Source of the DNA: an uncultured Nitrososphaerales archaeon
Lineage (GTDB): Archaea; Thermoproteota; Nitrososphaeria; Nitrososphaerales; Gagatemarchaeaceae
Direction: 5' to 3'
Assembly (NCBI GenBank): GCA_963706445.1
Contig: OY970160.1
Location: 96,001 to 160,000, forward strand
DNA: 64,000 nt
Every line of letters starts with the position of its first letter. Positions within the stretch are counted from its first letter, which is position 1. Below the pieces are notes generated by a model. The model did not search any database and had not been told where the DNA came from. It saw nothing but the letters and a program-made list of their open reading frames with translations. Positions 57,104-64,000 of the stretch are shown here, one piece after another. The position numbers and the translations under genes were made by a program.

Positions 57104-57998
57104 CAAGGTAGTCGTCGGCCGCGAAAAGGAGGCCGAACTCCTGCTCATCTCCTTCCTGGCGAGGGGGCACGTCCTCCTGGAGGGGGTCCCGGGGGTGTCG
57201 AAGACCATCCTTGCGAAATCCTTCGCAAAGTGCATGGGGTTGGAGTTCAAGCGGATACAGTTTACCCCAGACATGCTCCCCATGGACATGGTCGGGGGGT
57301 TCGTCTTCAACATGAAGGACAGGGAGTTCGAGTTCAGGCGCGGGCCCGTTTTCACCAACCTCCTTCTCGCAGACGAGATCAACAGGGCCCCGCCGAAGGT
57401 ACAGAGCGCGCTCCTCGAGGCGATGCAGGAGGAGCAGGTCACCGTGGAGGGGCTGACTCAGAAGCTCCCGTACCCGTTCATGGTCATAGCGACCCAGAAC
57501 CCCCAGGAGTTCCAGGGGGTCTACCCACTCCCAGAGAACCAGCTCGACAGGTTTCTGATGAAGGTCACCCTCCCCTATCCTGACAGCCCGACCGAAACCA
57601 AGATCATACGGAGGAACCTCGACGATATGGACACCGACCAGGTCAAGGGGGTGTTCACTCAGAAGGAGATCGAAGGGATACTCCGCGAGGTCGAGCAGGT
57701 CAAAGTCTCTGACGATATCATCGGATACCTGTCGTCGGTCGCTGAAGAGACCAGAAAGGAGCGCAGGCTGAGCCTGGGAGCGAGCCCCAGGGCCATGGTG
57801 CACCTAATCCACTGCTCGAGGGCCACTGCCTACCTCGCCGGGAGAGACTACGTGACCCCCGAGGACATTAAGAAGGTCTCCTCCTACGTCCTCTCCCACA
57901 GGCTGAAGCTCGACCAGTCGTCCGTCCTCACGGGCACAGTCGCTGACCCCTCACAGGTAGTCCAGGACATTTTCACAAAAGTGAGACCGCCACGATAG
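57063..57998 (+). CDS. moxR: MoxR family AAA+ ATPase
   Basis: GHVLLEGVPGVSKT, RIQFTPD, DEINRAPPKVQSALLEAM, ATQNP, GASPRA. Confidence 0.95.
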   Translation: MDTGIKEKVLAQISKVVVGREKEAELLLISFLARGHVLLEGVPGVSKTILAKSFAKCMGLEFKRIQFTPDMLPMDMVGGFVFNMKDREFEFRRGPVFTNLLLADEINRAPPKVQSALLEAMQEEQVTVEGLTQKLPYPFMVIATQNPQEFQGVYPLPENQLDRFLMKVTLPYPDSPTETKIIRRNLDDMDTDQVKGVFTQKEIEGILREVEQVKVSDDIIGYLSSVAEETRKERRLSLGASPRAMVHLIHCSRATAYLAGRDYVTPEDIKKVSSYVLSHRLKLDQSSVLTGTVADPSQVVQDIFTKVRPPR

Positions 57999-59107
57999 GC
58001 CTTACCAAGCGCGGTAGGGATTACCTGCTGTCCGCCGTGGTAGTCTCCTTCCTCGGCGCCCTGGGGAGCTACGCTTGGGCCCTCGCCCTGACCCTATCTC
58101 TTACGGCAGGAGCCGTGATTTCACTGGCGGTCCTCTGGTTTTCCCCCCAGAATGCATTCCAGGTGAAGCTCGGGCCGGGCCAGAGGAGGGCCTTCAAAGG
58201 CGATACTCTCTCCTATCCAATCGTCTTCGATTCCCCCGGTGCCGAGCAGCGGGCCCAGGTCGAGCTGCTCCGGACCCCCGAGGGAGCCCAGGGGAAGCTC
58301 CGAGCGAACCCGGACCGGAGCAACACTCTCCTTGTCAGCTCAAGGTTCTCCGGGGTCTTCCAGGGATGGTCCCTGAAGGTCGGGATACTCGACCCCATAG
58401 GGCTGTTCGCCAGGTTCGAGGAAAGGAAACTCGACCTGGCCGCCGAGTTCCTGCCCATCTCCCTCCTCGCGAAAAGGGAGGAGGTGGTCGTGAGGGCCGC
58501 CATGCTCGGGGACCGGCCGGCGGGGAGCAGGGGGTTCGGCCAGGAATTCTACTCTGCTGAGCTCTACGACTCCACCCACGACTCCAAGGGAATCCTCTGG
58601 AAGCGGCAGGCTCTGCTCGGAGCGGACAACCTGATGGTCAGAGTAGGGGAAGCGAACATCCCGGAGACTCTCAACGTCTGCCTCCTTGAGCGGCATGCCA
58701 GGATCCCCCGCGAGCTCCCGGCTTGGATGGACCTCGCCTCCGAAGCCTTGTCACTCATCGGTCTCGCAGTCCTAGCCTCAGGGTCGAGCCTCAGGGTAGT
58801 GCACCAGGTCGGCGAGGAGTCCTCCGTGGCCGAAGCAAAGGATCTGAAGGGGCTTGCGGACCTCCTGGCCTCGCTCTGGCGGGTCCACCCGGAGAGGCAG
58901 AATGTGAATGGGCTTCCAAAGGACGCTGCGATAGTCGTCACCGGTGAACCAGAGATGGAGGACCCCGAGGTGTTCGGGATGCTCCTCAGGAAGCCCTCCG
59001 TGGTCCTGACATTCTCCGTGGGAAAGGTCTCGCACAGCCCCACGGTCGTCTTCTTCACCGGCAAGGAGAACGTCAGCGGGCTGGTGAGCGGGGTGCTAGG
59101 CAGATGA
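57995..59107 (+). CDS. DUF58 domain protein, probable ATA start (first GTG 58037)
   Basis: LTKRG N-terminus, DPIGLF, G.EF....Y...DSK.I.WK. Confidence 0.75.
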   Translation: MGLTKRGRDYLLSAVVVSFLGALGSYAWALALTLSLTAGAVISLAVLWFSPQNAFQVKLGPGQRRAFKGDTLSYPIVFDSPGAEQRAQVELLRTPEGAQGKLRANPDRSNTLLVSSRFSGVFQGWSLKVGILDPIGLFARFEERKLDLAAEFLPISLLAKREEVVVRAAMLGDRPAGSRGFGQEFYSAELYDSTHDSKGILWKRQALLGADNLMVRVGEANIPETLNVCLLERHARIPRELPAWMDLASEALSLIGLAVLASGSSLRVVHQVGEESSVAEAKDLKGLADLLASLWRVHPERQNVNGLPKDAAIVVTGEPEMEDPEVFGMLLRKPSVVLTFSVGKVSHSPTVVFFTGKENVSGLVSGVLGR

Positions 59108-59901
59108 AATACGGACTCGTCGTCCCCCTGGCCGCCGCCGCCGCCCTCTTGGCTCTCTACCTGAACTTCGTCCTCGTCTTCGTACAGGCGAACCTGCTCC
59201 GGGGGGCCACCACCCTGGAGCTGGGGATATTCGCCCTTCAGGCCGTCAAAATCGCTGCGGCCGTGGGAGTCAGGCAGATCAGGAACGCCCCCATAGTCAA
59301 CGTAGTCGATATCCTCGGAGCCGAGCTTGTGATTCTGCTCCCGGTCCTCGTGATATCCGACCTGGCCTTCGGGGACGTCTCGGCGCCTGGAGTGATGGTC
59401 CAGATACTGCTCGGCTGGATTGCGGGGGCCACAGCCTTCGGGACCCCCTTCGCCACCTACAGGCTCACCCGAAGCATGATCAGGGGAGGGTCCCTGGTTA
59501 CCATCCTCCCAGGGGCTGTCTTCCTCTCCGAAGTGATGGTCCTCCTCGTCGCGGGGGCGAATTCGGCTTCGGCATCAGGACTAGGCCTGGAGGGGCTTTC
59601 GCGCGCGATCCTATTGGTGGCCGCCGGAGTGGCGGCCGTCGGGGCCCAGGTCGCCGGGTCGACGGCACTCCCTCCTCTGGTGATACTCTACGTTTCTCTC
59701 CTCCTCTACGCCGTCGCCCCGGGGGATTCGGGGCAGGGTGGGAGGATCAGGACCCTGCTGGCCCTGGCCCTCCTGGCGACAGCGGTGACCTTCGGGGTCA
59801 CCTACGCGGCGTCCCAGCTAGGCGTCCCCCTGACCTACATCGTCCTCCCCCCCGCTTTGCTTACGGTCACTCTCGCTTGGTGGGCTACCCGTGAAGCATA
59901 G
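59104..59901 (+). CDS. multi-pass membrane protein
   Basis: ~8 hydrophobic helices, coupled to neighbours. Confidence 0.7.
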   Translation: MKYGLVVPLAAAAALLALYLNFVLVFVQANLLRGATTLELGIFALQAVKIAAAVGVRQIRNAPIVNVVDILGAELVILLPVLVISDLAFGDVSAPGVMVQILLGWIAGATAFGTPFATYRLTRSMIRGGSLVTILPGAVFLSEVMVLLVAGANSASASGLGLEGLSRAILLVAAGVAAVGAQVAGSTALPPLVILYVSLLLYAVAPGDSGQGGRIRTLLALALLATAVTFGVTYAASQLGVPLTYIVLPPALLTVTLAWWATREA

Positions 59902-61504
59902 AACCGCCTTCCTGCTCTGCGCGCTGCTGACCCTGGTCGCCCTCGCCCCTAGGGTCCCTGTCGGCTCCGCCGTCCAGTCCACCCTTGACATCGGACTTGG
60001 GTTCGGGCCCTCCAGCGTCCAACCGATCTCTCAGGGGGTCCCAATCTTCACCCAGGGGGACAACGTGTGGGTGGGCACCTACTACAACGCGACCATTGAC
60101 GTGGAGCTCCTCCGTCCCGACGGCTCCCCCGCCACAGGGGAGGTCCTAGTGGAGCCCGGTCAACTGTTCCAGCTCTACCACTTCGACCAGAACGCTTCCT
60201 CGGGACCATGGATGCTCTCCGTCGCCACTTCGACGGGGATTCAGAGCGTCACTGTCTTCGTCGTTTCTCCAGACGCTTCTCTTTCTCCAGTCTATCAGGG
60301 TGCACGCTTGCAGGGGAGCATACTGAACCAGACCTTCCAGCTCCCGGGGACCGACGCCTACAACATACAGGTCTGCACGGCGGGCCAAACCTACGGTCAC
60401 TCCTACGGCTTCGGGCTCCTGGGCGGGCTCAACGGGACAGTCACGGTCTCGCTCACGCCGAACTCTACCCAGTTCACCGCGACCGGAATCCGGTCCCCAA
60501 TCTCCACCTGGGTGGAACTGTTTGCGCAGTACTCCTATCTCCTCCAGGGAGACACTTCGTCCCAGAACCTGCTGGTGGCTTCGTCCCCTGTGGTGACGAT
60601 TTCTCCCCCCGGTGTCATCCAGCCGGTCGCCCTGAACCAGGATATGCCCCTGCGCCAGGGCCGATACGATGTCAGGACATACGTCAGGACGACCGCCGGC
60701 CCCCTCGCTCTGCACGACACCGAATTCCTGAGGACCTCGGACGGCTCTTGGGTCTCCCTGGCCGGGTGCTCTGCCATGGCTAACGTCTACAGGGGCGAGT
60801 TTTCCCTCACGACGAACCTCGACTCGGCCAACACGACCTGGCCGAGACAGCTCTTCACGATGTACACCATGACCGGCCAGGAGTCGTACGTGGTATCTGC
60901 AATCCCCGGTTCAGAGGCCGCGGTTCATTTCAGGAGCTTCCCCGACGAGGGGACGCTGACCGGGGTGGCCATAACCCCCTCAGCCCCCGGACTCCTCCCT
61001 TCGGACTGGGACTCGGCCAATAGCTCGGTCTACCTTCTGACGAGCGGTCTGTCCGGCTCGGTCTCGTTCAATCTGTCATTCGGCGGGGTGATCAACGAGA
61101 CGTTCAACGTGGCCATCGGCGCCACCTACTTCTCAAAGTCAATCTCCGTCGATGCGGGTTCCCTTTCTGTTTCTGCCACTCAGGGAGGGGTGGCTTTCAG
61201 GAACGCAACGATCACGGTCGCAGCTCCTGATTCACCCCCGGTCGCCATAAAGCAGAGCACTTCCGGGTCAATCTCGCTGCTGCTCCCCCCTGACAATTAC
61301 ACCGTTTCAGCCACCTACTCCGGCACCACGGTCACGAAGTCCGTGACCCTAACCCCGGGCCACGTCAGCACCCTCACCCTCGAGCTGGGCAAGACTGCGG
61401 TGCCGACCACCCTCTATCTGCTCGCAGGGGTCGGGGTCGCTGGGGTGATAGCGAACGTCCTCGTCTGGCGTCAGTACCTGGTAAGGCGGAAGGTCTACGG
61501 CTGA
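59891..61504 (+). CDS. large surface protein with C-terminal TM anchor
   Basis: signal peptide, beta-rich, LPPDNYTVSATY PEGA-like module, TM + RRK. Confidence 0.75.
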   Translation: MKHRTAFLLCALLTLVALAPRVPVGSAVQSTLDIGLGFGPSSVQPISQGVPIFTQGDNVWVGTYYNATIDVELLRPDGSPATGEVLVEPGQLFQLYHFDQNASSGPWMLSVATSTGIQSVTVFVVSPDASLSPVYQGARLQGSILNQTFQLPGTDAYNIQVCTAGQTYGHSYGFGLLGGLNGTVTVSLTPNSTQFTATGIRSPISTWVELFAQYSYLLQGDTSSQNLLVASSPVVTISPPGVIQPVALNQDMPLRQGRYDVRTYVRTTAGPLALHDTEFLRTSDGSWVSLAGCSAMANVYRGEFSLTTNLDSANTTWPRQLFTMYTMTGQESYVVSAIPGSEAAVHFRSFPDEGTLTGVAITPSAPGLLPSDWDSANSSVYLLTSGLSGSVSFNLSFGGVINETFNVAIGATYFSKSISVDAGSLSVSATQGGVAFRNATITVAAPDSPPVAIKQSTSGSISLLLPPDNYTVSATYSGTTVTKSVTLTPGHVSTLTLELGKTAVPTTLYLLAGVGVAGVIANVLVWRQYLVRRKVYG

Positions 61505-61515
61505 GAGAAGGATTA

Positions 61516-62442
61516 CTAGGCTCGACTGACCGCGGGCACGCTCGGCCCGACCGGCGAGCCCGAACGTCCAATCGCTCCGCCCGACCTTCCATTGGGTCCC
61601 TTCATCCTCGAGTAGATGGGGAGCACCGCGAGGAAGAAACCGAGGAACAGGGCGTAGCCGAGCCAGTCGTGAACTCCAAGGAGGGCGTCCGACCCGTACT
61701 GGTACCCGACCCAGAGTATGATCAATATCCTCGCCGAGTTCAGGAGCGTCAGGGCGACCGTTCCGAGGACGGCCAGCTTCAGCGTGGAGCGCAGGTCCTT
61801 CTTCATGTCGAGGTGCATGAGTGCCAGGAGCCCGAGGAACATCGTCACCGAGGTCACGCTCGAACAGCTCGGGGTGACAACCCCGGAGACCACCCCCCCC
61901 GCTTTAGAGACGAACTCGAACTGGGTCCCCTGCCAGGTCACTGGGAAGCCGGCGAGGCTGACGAGCCTCGCAGAAAGGCCTGACGAAAGGGTCGCTAGAG
62001 GCTCCCCGAACGCCCATAGGAGTAGCGGAGGTGCGCCGACGGCGGCCGCGTAGACAGCCGCATAGGGGAGCAGGAACCGTTTTGCCGGAGGGGTGACGAC
62101 CAGAGACACTCCGTAGAAGGTCAATACCACAGCGACCCCCGACGCACCCAGGCTCTGGCCCGTGAGCGGTTCGAGTGCGACCAGCGCCCCGACCAGTGCC
62201 GCCCCCGTCAGGCGGACCCATGCCTGCGAACCCGTCCCACGTTCCTCCATCGCGCTCGCCAGCTCCTTCCATCTCAGAGCGAAGATGAGAGTAAGAAGAG
62301 CGACAATGGGTATGGCCACGAAGAGGCTCCCGAACGCGTCCCCCACCGACTGGTTCAGCAGGCTAGGGAAATTTGGCGCGGTGAAAGCCGAGAGCGATAT
62401 CGCCGCTGCTACCCATATGACGAAGCGAAAGACGAGCCGCAT
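61516..62442 (-). CDS. exosortase/archaeosortase family transpeptidase
   Basis: multi-TM; triad motifs VTPSCSS (Cys), NSARI (Arg), VHDWLG (His). Confidence 0.88.
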   Translation of the reverse strand: MRLVFRFVIWVAAAISLSAFTAPNFPSLLNQSVGDAFGSLFVAIPIVALLTLIFALRWKELASAMEERGTGSQAWVRLTGAALVGALVALEPLTGQSLGASGVAVVLTFYGVSLVVTPPAKRFLLPYAAVYAAAVGAPPLLLWAFGEPLATLSSGLSARLVSLAGFPVTWQGTQFEFVSKAGGVVSGVVTPSCSSVTSVTMFLGLLALMHLDMKKDLRSTLKLAVLGTVALTLLNSARILIILWVGYQYGSDALLGVHDWLGYALFLGFFLAVLPIYSRMKGPNGRSGGAIGRSGSPVGPSVPAVSRA

Positions 62443-62455
62443 CTAGGTGACAGTC

Positions 62456-63151
62456 TCACCGGGTCAGGGGAGTGGTCCCGCTCAAAGTCTTTGCTCTCCT
62501 CACCAGGAGGTATGCCGCCGACATTACAAGGACAACGATCCCCACAAGTGCCGCCTGCACCGGGAACTCGGGGACGGTTGTGCTTGTGGATGACGTCGTC
62601 ACTATGGTTGTCGTAGAGCTGGTCGTAGTCGTGGAGCTGGACGATGTGGGGGAAGTCGAAGATGAAGTGGACGTGGTTGAAGTGGTCGTGGTGCTCGAGG
62701 TCGTCGGGGCGGTGCTGGTTGTCGTGGTGCTTGTCGTAGTGGTCGTGCTAGCCACAGTGAAATTGAAGGTCGCGGTCTTGAATATGGCAGGAGGGAACGC
62801 GCCCCAGGTGGCGTTCACGGTGTACGTCCCGACGGTCCAGGCCGAACTCCCCCCGGCGACGAAGGTGAAGTTGTAATCTCCCGTTGATGACGCTACGGGC
62901 GCCTCTCCAACTGCTACAAGGGGAGGTTTGCCACCGGTGGGAGGTGGGCCGAATATCCTAACTGCAACAGCCGTCGAAGGCCCCGGAGCAGGTGAGACGG
63001 TGCCAGTGACCCTGATCTGGTCCCCAGAGACGTATGAGCCCTTGTCCGTCGATACTGTAATTGTGTAACCTGCAGCAGCTGCGCCCTGAGCCCTTAGAAG
63101 GAGCGCGCCGACAAGTACAGTCATTAGAGTGACATAGTGTCTGTTGGCCAA
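62456..63151 (-). CDS. PEF-CTERM surface glycoprotein with Ig-like domain and Thr/Ser stalk
   Basis: VSTDKGSY..GD.I.VTG.V, poly-T/S linker, VPEFP + TM + RR. Confidence 0.85.
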   Translation of the reverse strand: MANRHYVTLMTVLVGALLLRAQGAAAAGYTITVSTDKGSYVSGDQIRVTGTVSPAPGPSTAVAVRIFGPPPTGGKPPLVAVGEAPVASSTGDYNFTFVAGGSSAWTVGTYTVNATWGAFPPAIFKTATFNFTVASTTTTTSTTTTSTAPTTSSTTTTSTTSTSSSTSPTSSSSTTTTSSTTTIVTTSSTSTTVPEFPVQAALVGIVVLVMSAAYLLVRRAKTLSGTTPLTR

Positions 63152-63232
63152 CCCACGTGCAGATTACCGCTTCCGCATATAATTGTAACAATTAGAACAG
63201 AAACCAGCGAAACAATGCGTCTCATCAAGGTG

Positions 63233-63368
63233 TGGGGGTAGTCGGATTCGAACCGACGGTATACAGGTCTCTGCAGCTCCAATGCCTAATCATCCACGCT
63301 GCTGTGTCATCAAACTTCTTTGTTTGACCACTGGAGCCTGTCGCCTTGCCTGGCTGGGCCATACCCCC
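63233..63368 (-). tRNA. tRNA-Trp(CCA) with 62-nt intron (63269-63330) at 37/38
   Basis: GGGGGTA/TACCCCC acceptor, ACAGG-CTCCAG|A-CCTGT, GTCGG-TTCGAAT-CCGAC. Confidence 0.92.
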
Positions 63369-63428
63369 AACACGGCCTTCGGGGCATTCATCAGGTGGCT
63401 TTAGGGTTTCTTCGAAGAAATGCAGCCG

Positions 63429-63698
63429 TCAAAGGCTCCAGGGCTTCCCGCCATGGACGACCTTCTCTGGGAGCTTCGCACCCCACTTCTCCAGAAACCC
63501 CAGGTCCTCCTTCCTGTTCCTAAGGTTGTCGGGGAGCATCACGGGGATTTCATCCATTATGGGGTAGTAGCGGTCGCACTCGTCGCAGGTCAGTACCCCT
63601 TCGACTATCACATCTCCTTTGACCTCGAACTCAAGCAGACCTAGCGGGTAATGCTTGTCGATGGGACAGGCAAGTATGTCGAGGAGCCTCCTTTGCAT
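63429..63698 (-). CDS. Trm112 family methyltransferase activator
   Basis: LLDILACPIDK, EGVLTC..C.RYYPI.DEIPVML. Confidence 0.92.
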   Translation of the reverse strand: MQRRLLDILACPIDKHYPLGLLEFEVKGDVIVEGVLTCDECDRYYPIMDEIPVMLPDNLRNRKEDLGFLEKWGAKLPEKVVHGGKPWSL

Positions 63699-63779
63699 GG
63701 CCGCTCGAGCCCGAGGTCCAGTAGAAAAACGCTTAGCGCGCCCAGAAACGTTAATCTACCTCAGAGGGCGTCCCGACCT

Positions 63780-63895
63780 TCAGCCGGCCATAGCGTGTGG
63801 GTCCGACCCAGACTCGTCCCGATCCTGGCAGTCAAACCACACGTCGCCTCGGTGATACTGACTTCCGAGAGGAGTCGGGAAGCCGGGGTGCTGGC
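63780..63895 (+). rRNA. rrf: 5S rRNA (unlinked)
   Basis: CGGCCATAGC, ACCCAGACTCGTCCCGATCCTGGCAGTCAAACC, GATACTG..CCGAGAGG..GGGAAG, helix I closing GCTGG; ends approximate. Confidence 0.88.
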
Positions 63896-64000
63896 ACCTT
63901 TTCGGCGCGTGAAATGAATCAATACTACAGAACATTTAAGTCCGAGCGTGCTCTGGCAATTCTAGAGGTTTCACGCTTATGATTTCAGGGATTGTATTGC

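Noticed and set aside
62570-62750. Tandem repeat or CRISPR-like array
   Set aside because: Degenerate Thr/Ser codon runs of a protein linker. No regularly spaced identical repeats or cas genes were seen anywhere in the window.

Overview
High-GC archaeal chromosome segment, most likely a deep-branching Nitrososphaerota/TACK archaeon (inferred from TFE, aTrm56, TiaS, NAC, a CdvB paralog, A-type ATPase, archaeal rnpB, an unlinked 5S rRNA and BHB tRNA introns). It is mostly housekeeping: DNA repair (DUF72-dinB, nre, mre11-rad50, mpg), tRNA/rRNA modification, A1 ATP synthase genes, class II RNR, cobalamin-type uptake parts, and an archaeosortase/PEF-CTERM locus beside MoxR/DUF58. RNA genes read by eye: RNase P RNA, tRNA-iMet with three introns, tRNA-Pro(TGG), intron-containing tRNA-Trp and 5S rRNA. 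Three things stand out. (1) A ~6.5 kb integrase-less island of surface-protein genes at tRNA-Pro carries an inverted pair of 28-bp 11-6-11 Xer/dif-like sites and modular intergenic repeats, a possible archaeal pdif-like cassette system. (2) A free-standing LAGLIDADG gene abuts the triple-intron tRNA-iMet and is bracketed by a duplication of the tRNA 3' end. (3) A wHTH + ATP-cone + apparently inactive class III RNR fusion lies directly upstream of nrdJ, whose promoter carries perfect palindromes, a candidate archaeal NrdR analogue. Several Cys-rich microproteins below the ORF-track cutoff were also found. All family assignments are from motif recognition, not database searches.
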